NCBI GenBank assembly: GCA_004431415.1
Contig: QPMI01000591.1
Location: 1 to 64,000, forward strand
Origin: Cyanophora paradoxa CCMP329
Lineage: Eukaryota > Plantae > Glaucophyta
DNA: 64,000 nt
Reading direction: 5' to 3'
Positions 12,598 through 23,254 of the stretch are shown piece by piece; position 1 is the first letter of the stretch, and each line of letters starts with the position of its first letter. The notes beneath the pieces were generated by a model. The model saw only the letters and a list, made by a program, of their open reading frames with translations, was not told the origin of the DNA and made no database searches. Position numbers and translations under genes: made by a program.

Positions 12598-13105
12598 CTA
12601 GGTGCGCTCGCCGCGAATGCGACGGGCGAGCTGCATGTCCTTCGGCATGATTGTGACCCTGAGCACCATGCACCGATCAGAAATTAAGCACACATCCCTT
12701 CAGGCAACGCACCGCTTGGCGTGGATGGCGCAGAGGTTCGCATCCTGAAAAACGCCGACAAGATAAGCCTCGCTGGCCTCTTGCAGCGCGAGGACGCTCG
12801 ACGATTGGAAACGTTTATCCGTTGCGCCTAGATCGTGTGCGACCTCGAACACGAGCCGCTGGAACGGAAGCTTGCGAAGCAGGAGCTCCGTCGTCTTCTG
12901 GTATCTGCGAATCTCCCGCAGCGCGACAGTACCTGCTCTCCTCGTTCAGCCTCCCTAACTGCTTACCATAATTGGCATCCGCACCTGGACGATAGCGGTA
13001 AGGTCTCTTTCCCGGCGACTCGGTCTTCGTGTGCTTCTTGGCCTTGGGCGGGGCGGCCGGAGCGGCCTTGGCGGATTTCCGCGGCTTCTTCTTCACACGC
13101 GGCAT
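12598..13105 (-). CDS. Divergent histone H3 variant, 133 aa, 3 exons
   Basis: Exons 13105-12985, 12932-12713 and 12658-12598 with GT-AG introns of 52 and 54 bp. Translation: [133 protein letters not shown]. Confidence 0.95.
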
Positions 13106-13779
13106 GTCTGCCGGTGTACGCTGGATCGTGCCCTACTTTCGAAAGGGCAACTGTATTTATCCTAGCAACGGCACGAATTAGACCAACGGGGTACGCATCA
13201 TCGAGCGACTTTTCAAACCCCCATTTCGTTGCTCGCAATGTCAGGCGCGCATGCTGCTCGCAGCACCACCGTACCACGGTGAGGGGCACGAGATCGAAAT
13301 GTCATGATACCAAGCTAGTGCTGGAGCCAGCCAGTGTGAGCTATAACTTCAATGCCATGGAACATAAATCTCAAGCGTCAACCATCCACGTAAATTGCCC
13401 TCGATTACACTAGAAAAAATGCAATCCCAATGTATCTATACTACCGGTGACATCCCAAGAAAACAGAACTACAGTACTGCAAATTGTTAGTAAGGGCCGG
13501 TGTGAGTTCGAATACTCATGAACATCAAAAGCTCTAGATCTAGAGCAGTACCGCCACCATTTCCGCGGTCTCACAGTCGGCAATGGCATCGACGAGCACT
13601 GCCGAATTCCGAACATCATATAGAGACTTCGACACGCACCTATATGCATGCGTACAAAATATACGAGATACCTTTCAGGGATCGACTCAGTTGAAGGATG
13701 CCAGGCTTGTTAACAATGATTTCGCGGGCCTGCGTGGAAGACGAGATGCCTTGTCATGAGGCCGTTCTTACGGGCGCGT

Positions 13780-15340
13780 TTATGATGAAAAAGCACTAAC
13801 GATGGTGCTCGTAGAATTGAGGAGCTCCAGGATGCTGACTGAATCGGCCTGGGACGATGCGCAGCGTACGAGCAGGAAGTCGATCGTGTCCCGGCACACT
13901 GCATGTGCAGATAAGAGTGACGTAATTGTACTGGTCTGCCGGCCGCATGGACCGACAACTGACGCACTCCGGAGATCACCGATTCTCAGGTGAGAAGTGT
14001 CCTTCTGCAGAGGCATCGGTATGGCAATCGCAAGTGATCACATAATTATAACCACTCATGTGTCTAGTAAAGAGCGGCAGAGAGGGCCGGAAACTAAGAA
14101 TGCTCACCTCACTGGAAGTCTTGCCCGTCTTCGTACTCGCTGGCGTTCACATCAGACGGCACGACGAAATAAAAGAGGCGGGCAGGGATAACATACCCAT
14201 CGGAGGAATGTAGGGGGACGGCCGATCGCGATGCTTTGCAACCGGAGTTGACGATATGTTCCGACCGGGGTTGACGATGGGGTTGACGTAGTAACTGAAA
14301 TGGTGCAAGGCTGCAATATCCAGGGGATGATTGACTGATTGTTGCGTCTCCCCTCCTTGTCCTACGAGTTTCCGCAGAGCGTCCACTTCCCATGTAACGA
14401 TGAAGGCGCCGCCATCAAGCTTGGCGAGTTTGCTGGAAATCCTCCGCATCCAATCCAGCTCCCGCTCCACGCTTGATCTCGCGTCTCTGATTGCCGCGCA
14501 CACAGCATGTGTGATGGCCGACGCGTATTCTGCGGACCCTCCGTCCCCTTGCTGTGGGCAGTGCACGTGTCAGCCACATACGGGGGCCGAGACGCTGCGT
14601 AAAATATTAATGCCAGTGTCCTAACCGTAGGAGTTGGCGACGGCGAGAGCATCATCCTGCGAAGCCCAAGCACCGCTCGGTCTGACGAACACAGGTGGTC
14701 TTGCGTGAAGCTCTCGATTCTGCTTTTTATGGCACGGAGCTCATTGGTGAGCTGAGCCTCGATGAAAGCATGCGCAGACGTCCCGCGGTAGAAAATATCA
14801 ATCGCCTCGCTGGCCTCCTTGAGCGCTTCCTTCATCCTTGCTCCCAGCTCTCCACCCTCCGACGTGCAGAAGAGCACATGCCCCTGTGCCCCACTCGTCA
14901 TCAACGTTATCTCTTCCGAAATCCTATATATCATAACCTACATACCACAAAGCCGCTTTCGATTGCGCGGATAGGACTCGTTGCGTTCTGCTGGCCCTCC
15001 TCCCCGCACACAGGGCAGATGCCTCGGGCAAGCTCCGATATGATCATCTTGTCGGTCGGCTTCATCGATGCACAGGCCGTTGGTACGCTGCGGAACGCAT
15101 CCAGGGGTCGCCCGGCCGGTGCGATAACCGTGCCCGAGCCCCTGTGCATGCTGCCGCCGGCGGCAGCGCTTTCCCCTCCCATGGTCCCGCCTGGACGACC
15201 GGCCGGCGTTGCGCATGTCGCTGTTGCTCCTGCGGCCGCCGCCCGTTCGACGTTGCTGCTGTCCGCACTGCCACGGCCAGACAAGGCCGGTTTCCCCTGC
15301 TTCTTATGCTTCCCTTGCGGCGTTCTTGTCTCCTCCACAT
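13780..15340 (-). CDS. Hypothetical multi-exon protein (CPVC motif, helical core)
   Basis: Consecutive minus-strand ORFs 14931-15338, 14362-14934, 14147-14566 and 13780-14016, separated by intron-like gaps, with protein-like composition. No family recognised. Confidence 0.5.
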
Positions 15341-15755
15341 TTCAACCGGTTGCTGGTGTTCGACGACACTGCATCCCTACGTTTCCGAAACCCGGCTGAG
15401 TTGCACTGCGGCAACCTGGCAACGTACGCAGCGATCCTCCGAGCAGCACGCACCTCGTCAGCTGCGAGTTGACACGCTTGAACCTCGTTCCGTTTCTCCT
15501 CATTCCAGTGCGCAAGCTCGATTGCCTGCCTCTGCGCGTAGAGGACGCCCAGTAAGAACGATTTCGGGCAGCGCGTGCTTGACTGCTAGAGTGCGACTCA
15601 CCCGCCGCAGAACCTGGTAATCGTCTTCGTTCGACATCTGAGTTGTGCCCTGTAAACGGAGCCGTCTAGCCTTCCGTGTTTTTGCCTTAGGACGCCGTGC
15701 GCTCCGGGTACCCTGAAAATCAGGACCCACGTTATAAACTCCGGATTCGACAGCA

Positions 15756-16270
15756 ATGGCAAAACGTGCCAAGACCGGGCCATCGTTCGAAGCCTCCGGT
15801 AGCTCGGCACATCCGCTAGCGCCCCATCGGCAATCAACCGCAACCGCCGCGGACACCATGAGCACAAGACGCCCACTGTCGTTCAGCCAAACTTAGACGA
15901 CTGGTACGACGCTCATTCGAGACGCTTTAATTTCGAGCGCGAGCTGCCAGCGCTGGCTCCTGGCCAGGTGGACCCTTCAACCCGCCCCGTCGAAGCGAGG
16001 AAGGCTGCTGCTTCCGCACTTTTCCAGCAAGCTCTAGTTGAGGAGTCGCCTGCCGCTGCCCTCCGCTTAGCAATCGCCGGATCTGAAGCTCTCGCCGGGG
16101 ATCGACTTGTTTGGTGCAACGCCATCCCGCGCACAGCTGCCGCACCATGCGGCCCGTCGTGCCCTGTGAGGACCAAGCTGAACGAGGCATACGGATGGGT
16201 GGCGGAGCACCAATCTCGCGTCGTAGAATTGGAGGACGCCCTCCGGAGCCACCTCCGGCAGTCGCAATAA
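15756..16270 (+). CDS. Orphan protein, paralog B; frame break near 15800 (indel, intron or pseudogene)
   Basis: MAKRAK... start. Downstream frame DDWYDAHSRRFNFERELPALAPGQVDPS...GDRLVWCNAIPRTAAAPCGPSCPVRTKLNEAYGWV...ELEDALRSH aligns with paralog A. Confidence 0.65.
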
Positions 16271-16451
16271 CCATATAATTACATATATATCAAAGGCCGA
16301 CCTTGCCTTTGGCACACCCAATCAGATGCAGAAAATTGCAACTTTCGATTTACCTGCTCTTCCCAGCCTACCTGTACTTTCATATTGCTTTATATCCTTA
16401 ACTGTACCGTTTCATTGTCCAGTATTACTCCGGCAAGCTCAATTAAGTGTG

Positions 16452-16611
16452 CATTAAATAACTTCAACCGTTCCCAGCCTCTGTTACATATACATATGGT
16501 GCCTAGGTGCAATCCGGCGAGCCATGAACGATCGAGCGGCTCGGCTACATGGGAAGGCTTATGCACTTCATTTCCATGTGTCAATTCACATTCCGCAATC
16601 ACCAGGCTCAC
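16452..16611. repeat. Copy 2 of the diverged ~155-bp non-coding repeat
   Basis: Same conserved blocks and same orientation as 9663-9818. Confidence 0.85.
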
Positions 16612-16640
16612 TTAAATTCCGCGAGTACTACCGTTCGTCT

Positions 16641-19600
16641 TCAAACGTCGCGGCAGGCATAGTGGCGCTTGATTTCTGCCACGGTATTTGCATCCTGGCA
16701 TCTGCCGATAATGAGCCCATCAGTACATGTCATATATAGGGATACGGAGTTGGAAGGGGGGGGGGGGAGGGGGGGGTACGGGAAGGGCCCACGTCTGTTT
16801 TGCCTTGTCCACGAGTAGCGCCACCTGCACAGAAACAATCCCGATACTTATTACCGTCTTTCTGCAGGTTGCTGGCGGATGAACGCACATGTTTGTCAAA
16901 TGAGAAGAGGACCGCCTCGAGTCCGTAACTGAGACCCGCGTCGCTGGCGCCGTCGAGGCGCATCCCCTCCTTTTTCTCAAACTCCACCAGCCGGCCTCGC
17001 AGCTCCTTCGCCGAGTGCATCAGCAGAGCTCGACCTGTGAAGGACAACAGTTGCAGGCACTTCAACCTGCGAAGTTAAAATGTTAATATTAGATGTATTC
17101 AGGATTGTCTAAAATATCTAATGGACAACGTACTCTGCCGAATCCCCTTCAAGTGAGAAGGTTCCTTTCATCCACCTGCTGACTTCTGCGCGTGTCCACC
17201 CCAACACCAGGGCAGGATCCGGTGCCGGTACAGCCGGTTGGGCCGCATCTCCCCTCCAGGAGGCGCATTGGAACCCTCGGAATGCGTGCTGGCACCTGCA
17301 TGTACACAGTCCATGTCGGCGTACGCAAAGAATGAGCAGATTCGATCATCGCTTACCCTCCTGCATATGCTCGACGTCCCCTGCTCGTGAACGCTTCAAC
17401 GTATACAATACGCTCGAAGAGTACAATTCTTCACCGACCTGCTGCAGCCGTCTTTGATTTCTTCCGAGTACGCGGAGGTGAGGCACTGTCCTCTTCTGCT
17501 TCAGATGCCTCCGTCTCCTTCTCGGTCCCTTCTGCATCTTCCTCTGAGACAGATTATCGTAAGAACCCTTATCACAACCCACGACTCCTTTACTTTGTCT
17601 CGCCGCTTTACCTTTTCTGATGTGGTTCTTCACATGATGATCAAATGCTTTCTGCCTCACAAACGTGTGCCGACAGCGCGAACATCGAAGGCTCCGTTCC
17701 TCAACCTTCCCGGACTCCACGATTGCATCCTCTACGTTGGGTGCGTCAGCGTGTCAATGCGTGCACCTCGTCTTTTATTGCATCATTCGTTTCGGCTGTG
17801 TTGTTCGCACCTGGCAGGCCGTCGCAACACGTAACATGCTTCCCTGCTGCTACGTAGATCTTGAAACAATCGGGACACTTGTACTTTCTCCCCGCCGGCG
17901 GATGGCTTGATTCTGTACGCAGGTCAGAGGGGCGGTAAGAGTAGGGGTTCAGGGCTGCCGGCGGAGGGCGCTGGCGAGCCGCTAGAAGATGCACCCTCGG
18001 GTACACCATCTCCTCCTATCGATTCAGCGCCCTCCGCCTGCTTTTCCGAGGGAGAGGCGATGCTCTTATCTGCGTCCGCCACGTCAAACTGTGCCTCGTG
18101 ATCGATCTCGACTAAGGCTTCGGGCCGGCCGACGACGTACCCGTTGAATACTTGGAAGCGGATCCCCTCGCCCCGCCCCTTGACTCGCCGTCCCCCTGCT
18201 CTGGATCCTTGCCTGCAGGCAGGTCGGATCTACCGAGCTCGAGCGGGGGTACGAAGTGGGTAGATCGCACCCTTTGGAGCGGTGACCGCGGATGCACCTC
18301 CCTCCCTAGCAGATGGCCGTCCCGTCAAAGGCTCTCTACCCTTGCCTGCGCCATAATTAATAGACATAAAACTTGTAGCGGTACATGCGCCTATCCGCGG
18401 TGCACCTGTCCGAGTCCCCTGAGGGGAGCTCGATGCCCCCTCCGGTTTCACTTCCGCCGACGGCCGTTGAGAAATATTCGACGGGGATGTGCTGCAGCTG
18501 AGCGGTGCTGCCGGTCTTGGGCCGCTCGCACTTTTCTTGCTCGCCGACGATGCTGAACTTTTCGATGCCTCTGACGACATGCCTGCGACCATGACCTCCT
18601 TGATAAGCATGATCCTTGCACCGGCGCCGGCAAAAGCATATATCAGGTATATCATATGTGCACCACTTCGGGCCGCCAGGGTAGCGATAGGGCTGGATGC
18701 CCGCTCTGCCTTCACGAAAATCTTAGGCGGGGTTGACCTGTCCGCAGCTGCTGACCCCGTGCCGCTCCCAATTCTCGCGCTTGGCTGATGTGCTGCCTTC
18801 GGCGGTCCTCCTGTTCGTCCACAGTCAGCGTCGGCGCTCTAAGAACATGCGCAAGATCGCACCACCCCTGGCTTCCCGCACGCCCTGTGCTTGGTTGGGC
18901 TTCAGGTCCCCAGACGCCCTCTTAACACCGACTGATTCCCCTGCCGCCCGTTTCGGGCCGCCTGCCGAACCCAAGAGTTAGACTTGGACGCTCCACTTTA
19001 TCAAACCGCAGTCACCTGTGTCGTCCCCTTCCATCCCCGCATCCAAATGAGCGTCGGTGGAGATCGATCCGCTAGGTAAGATGCCCGTCGATGTCGTAGT
19101 TCCTGCCGCAGTGTCTGCCGTCTCGCGCGCAGCAGCAGCGATCGATTCATCATCGTACGTACGCTGCGGCAACTTTCCGCCTTCCGTTCGCGCTCCGACG
19201 TACGCGCGCCTGTTATCCACGAGGTCCGACGCTGCTTCGTTCTCTGCTAGTTAATATGGATTCATCGATTCCGTCGCCTACCTTAACCTTCCTACCTTCG
19301 TCTGTTCCGCCCGTCGACGTCGGCTCCGCGGACGGCGACGTCGGCTCCTCGCGCGGCGTGATCTCAGTCTTCACTGGCGCTTGCGGAATGAAGACCAACT
19401 CGTCGATGTCTACCACTGAGAATGCGGTCGTACGAGGGCGCCCTGTATATGCGGTGCGCGCTCGGCGCCGTTGCCCGGGACCGCACCCTCATCATCAGCA
19501 GTTGCCGCGCTTCGCCTTTCCTCATCGCGCGCTTCACGTCGACGAGCTCCTGCTTCGGCTGGCCATGGTTAGTCCGAAATCATCGCTCCCATCGTCAGCG

Positions 19601-19768
19601 TTCTCACCATCATCGACGCCCGGCGTGTCCATGCTGTTCACTGGTTCTTGCGCAACGTCCTGCGCAACTTCTAGATCTGCTCGTCACATGTCAGCCTCGG
19701 AACGCCGACGGGCGTCTGCGCCAACACCACCACACACCCGGGAGGACCGTGCCTGAAGCGCTATCCAT
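16641..19768 (-). CDS. Long multi-exon low-complexity protein with zinc fingers (ends approximate)
   Basis: YKCPDCFKIYVAAGKHVTCC (about 17825-17885) and C2H2 LRCSRCRHTFVRQKAFDHHVKNH (about 17620-17690). Ser/Ala/Pro-rich upstream exons with GT-AG boundaries. Confidence 0.55.
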
Positions 19769-20357
19769 GCCACGTTCTTCCGCTCGACAGGCTCCCGCTT
19801 CCCCTGCCCGCGTGATGAAGACTCAGCCGCGCTCCCCGCTTCTGACCGGTCCTGTTATACACGTACCCCTCAGGGTACGAACGACCGTGCCCGACGGTCG
19901 ATCGTGTACATAAGCCCTACCCCTCACGAAGCCATTTATCCTATACCTCTCATTATCGAAGTGTCGTATCCACGGGTAACCTTCCGCTTTACCCATCCAT
20001 CCCTAGTCCCGACCATATATGCCTTCATATTGTCTCAAGTCGATTTACATCTAGTGTTACCCGGGCCCGTTAACCAAACTATATATTAATGGTAATGCAG
20101 ATCGTGCCGGGTAGCTATAGCCAATAGGTCTAATTACTATTACCCATTTCCCAGGACCTGATTCAGACCCGAGGCTGCACTGCCACGGGGCAGGACTGTT
20201 TTACAGGCACTGGGGAAGCGGCCCCAATTGCAAGTTGGCTGAGAACTTGGCTCGATGAGCCTCGATCCCAACGTTAACGTTCAATCATTTGAGTGGTTAA
20301 ACGTTTTTGAACCGACGGCCGCGGCCGCCGCCGGCCCGCGCGCCGGCGGGTCGCCGG

Positions 20358-21035
20358 TAGGGGTGCGGCTTGCCGGCCAAAAAGTCGGCTTAAGCCAAGC
20401 CAAGCCCCGGGCCCTCGCGGTCAAGCCAAGCCAAGCCGGCCGGCCGGCCGGCCCAAGGGCTTGGCCTCCCGAGCGGGTCAAGCCCTTGGCCGGGCTTACG
20501 GGCCAGTTACGGCAAGCCTAAGGGGGGGTACCGTTCCGAAGGCCCTTGCACCGCAGCCCAATGCTTATATTTGGCTTCGAATTCACGAAGAAACGCATGT
20601 ACATATACTCTTATATAATAGCAATCGCCAACGCGCGCGTGTGGCACGCAGGCGCCAGCCGCACCGTGGCACTAGTACTAGTACTGGGGCTGGCCATGGC
20701 CGGTGCGCGGGGCGGGCCGGGGGGGAACGTGCATGCGCACGTGTGCACACGCGCGCAGGCTGCCGGCGCCGTTGAATTCGAAATTAAAAATTGAATAAGA
20801 TTCATATGTTAGTTAACGTTGCCGTCGCATGCTTATATCTTAAGCTTATAATCAGCTCCGATTCGAATGCGCTGCAGGCGCCCAGCTGCGTCCGGCACCC
20901 CCCTCCGACGCCTCCCCCCCCCTCGCCGTTCAGGGCTTGAGCCGGCTTGAGCCGGCCAAAAGCCAGGCAAGGGCTTGACCTCCCAGCCCGGCTCAAGGGC
21001 TTGGCTCAAGGGCTTGCCTGCAAGCCGCAGGCCTA
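20358..21035. mobile_element. hAT-type MITE
   Basis: TIRs TAGGGGTGCGGCTTGC / GCAAGCCGCAGGCCTA (14/16), perfect 8-bp TSD GTCGCCGG on both sides, subterminal CAAGCC/GGCTTG repeats. Confidence 0.9.
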
Positions 21036-21100
21036 GTCGCCGGCGACTCGCCGCCGGCCGCCGGCCCGGCCGGCCCCGGCCGCCCGGCGCGTACCGGGGG

Positions 21101-21652
21101 TAGGGTTGCCGCAGTGCCGCGCTTGAGTTCAAGTGCACTTGCCGTTGAACTCAAGCGTTCAACTTGAGTTCAGATTTTAGTTCAAGCCGCCCGCTTGAAC
21201 TCAAGCTTGAACGGGGACACCCCGGGTTCGAATCCCCGTGGCAGAACCACCAATTCCAGGGCAAAATCCCCTCAAAACGATGTCAGATGTGCGTAAAAGA
21301 TACTGTCATCGGCTATAAAGCTTCTCTGCATTCAAAAAGACTGTCAAACTTGCCGTTTCGAGCTCGAGGCTGGGCCTCCCTCAGGAAGCCTTACGTTATA
21401 CCCCCCTAGGCCTCGGGATGTCGACTGCACTTTACTGACTGAAAATCGTATGTCTAGCGATGGAAATCGGTAAGAAATGCACTCTGTCACATCTGTGACG
21501 CGTTTGAGATCGAATTGCCAAGTTGGTGTCTGTTTCCTCATCTTTAGGGGGCGCTCTCGTGGACTTGAACTCAAGCGCTTGAACGCTTGAGTTCAAGCGC
21601 CGTTCAAGTTCAAGCCGGGGTGGCTTGAACTCAAGCTTGAACGGCAACCCTA
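21101..21652. mobile_element. hAT-type MITE
   Basis: Perfect 11-bp TIR TAGGGTTGCCG / CGGCAACCCTA and subterminal TTGAACTCAAG/CTTGAGTTCAA repeats at both ends. TSD not preserved. Confidence 0.8.
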
Positions 21653-21707
21653 CCGGCGCCGGCCCGGCGGGCAGCCGCCGCCGGGAGGCGCCGGCCCGCC
21701 GCGGGCC

Positions 21708-22096
21708 TAGGGCACTGGCCATGGCCGGCGGGTCTAGAAGCTTGCACCGGGGCTGGCCCAAAATTCCGAAAGCTTGCACCGGGGCTGGCCCTAGCGGCTT
21801 GGCGGCTCCAAAATTTCGGCTGGCTTGCCAGCGGCTTGCCAGTTACTATGGTACCGGTGGCCAGCACGGCTTGGTCTGGCTTGGTGCAGCTCGCGCTAAC
21901 TTCACCTATGCTTCGTTCGCCGGCTCGATTGCGAGCCCCGGGCTTGCTGACTTGGCTGACAAGCCGGGGAAAACCGGTACCGGCAAAACCCCTGGGCTGG
22001 CAAGCCGGGGTTTCGGCTGCCTAGCCCAGCCTGGCAGGCGCCCCCCGCCCAAATTGGCCGGCTAGCTAGCCGGCTTGGCCGCCGGCCAGTGCCCTA
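21708..22096. mobile_element. hAT-type MITE
   Basis: 13-bp TIR TAGGGCACTGGCC / GGCCAGTGCCCTA, GGCTTG/CAAGCC subterminal motifs, and flanks CGCGGGCC / CGCGGCGG as a degraded TSD. Confidence 0.8.
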
Positions 22097-22417
22097 CGCG
22101 GCGGGCCGGCCGCCGGCGCCGGCCCGCCGCCGCGCCCGGCGGCCGGCGCCGGCGCCCGAATATATATATTTAATCCCGGGTCCGGATCCATGACGTCAAG
22201 GTCCCCCACTGGGCCACCTTCTGGGCCGCGGCCCGCGGCCCGCGGGCCGCGGCCCGCGGGGGGCCGGGGGGCCGGGGGCTACTGGATTTATCTACAGCCT
22301 ACAGGCCAAAGCTATATAGCCTATAACCTATAGCCAAGTAGGCTACTGGTATATCATCAGCCTATCATAGAATATGATCCTATACTGCAGACTGCAGTAC
22401 AAGTGCGATACTAGTGC

Positions 22418-23254
22418 GACTTATTTTCGACAAAACCCGAAAATCGTGACGAAAATATGGTTCGGCAGCATCATATTTTTGTCAGCTCCAGGACTTCGCC
22501 ATAGACGGATCAGCCGTTAGTACCCCTCTCCATACACAATTTCCGTTCAAGAGTATCAAATATTCGTCACAGTGCAGGTCTGACGAATATAGACGAAATA
22601 AAGACGTCGAAGATTCCTACCGTGGTACGTTTACAGTAGTAGTATCCGAAGTATCCTGAGTAAAAACAAATCTTGTTGGTTTTTGGATGGCATGGGAACT
22701 TGTTTTTGCAGCGGCCCGGCTTTGGGGCCGCCCCCCCGCTAAGCGTTGTTTTTGCAAGCTTCGAATTCGGCGTTCGATCTGTTCCCTCGCGAACCGTTTA
22801 TAATTAACCGCCGCGCGCTGAATTCGAAACCGCGCGCGGCTTTCCGAAGTTCTTCGAATTCCGCGCGCGGCTTTCGATTCGAATTTCAAAGTTTCAAACT
22901 TTTTTGAAAGCATTTTTTCCGGCACATATATACGTACCGCGGTACATCATAGTATGATCATACTACTAGTACCATGCATGATGCATCATGCATCTTGCAA
23001 TTGCTATAGCTACCTAATATTAAATACACTTACGTTGGAATCTTCGACGGCGTATTTATTGTTTTCGTCTACTGTAAACGTAAAAGTTTTCGTCGAGACT
23101 TTATTTTCACAAAACCCGAAAATCGTGACGAAAATATGGTTCGACAGCATCATATTTTCGTCAGCCCCAGGACTCCGCCATGGACGGATCAGCCGTTAGT
23201 ACCCCACGCCATACAAAATTTCAGTTCAAGAGTATCAAATATTCGTCAAAGTGC
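22418..23254. repeat. Two diverged direct copies (~160 bp; 22418-22576 and 23097-23254) of a MITE-like repeat
   Basis: Shared AAAACCCGAAAATCGTGACGAAAATATGGTTCG...GTTCAAGAGTATCAAATATTCGTCA. GTCGAAGATTCC after copy 1 and GGAATCTTCGAC before copy 2 look like the two TIRs. Confidence 0.8.
22620..22942. mobile_element. Probable Tc1/mariner-type MITE (TA target)
   Basis: Ends CCGTGGTACGTTTA / TATACGTACCGCGG (12/14 inverted match), flanked by TA on both sides. Confidence 0.55.

Larger units (their letters stand above)
1..20305. mobile_element. Putative large inserted element (giant DNA transposon or endogenous virus-like island); left end outside window
   Basis: By eye about 50-58% GC versus over 70% in the genes at 24.7-48 kb. 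Dense genes on mostly alternating strands. All decoded introns are short GT-AG introns without (CCCCG)n tracts. Abrupt switch to GC-only sequence after about 20310. No mobility gene seen in the window. Confidence 0.55.

Noticed and set aside
12598-13105. Firm call as CenH3/CENP-A
   Set aside because: Q68 and F84 are retained and the fold is close to canonical H3; only some CenH3 traits are present.
16452-16611. SECIS element in the conserved repeat
   Set aside because: ATGA is present but no convincing stem, apical AA or GA quartet partner could be formed.
1-20305. Assigning the island to a named class (Helitron, Polinton, CACTA, NCLDV, mirusvirus)
   Set aside because: No transposase, helicase, polymerase, capsid or diagnostic terminus was recognised within the window.
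21213-21252. tRNA-like GGTTCGAATCCC...ACCA
   Set aside because: Only a T-arm/B-box-like piece inside a MITE, with no D arm or anticodon arm. Similar isolated reverse B-boxes occur near 41281 and 54810.
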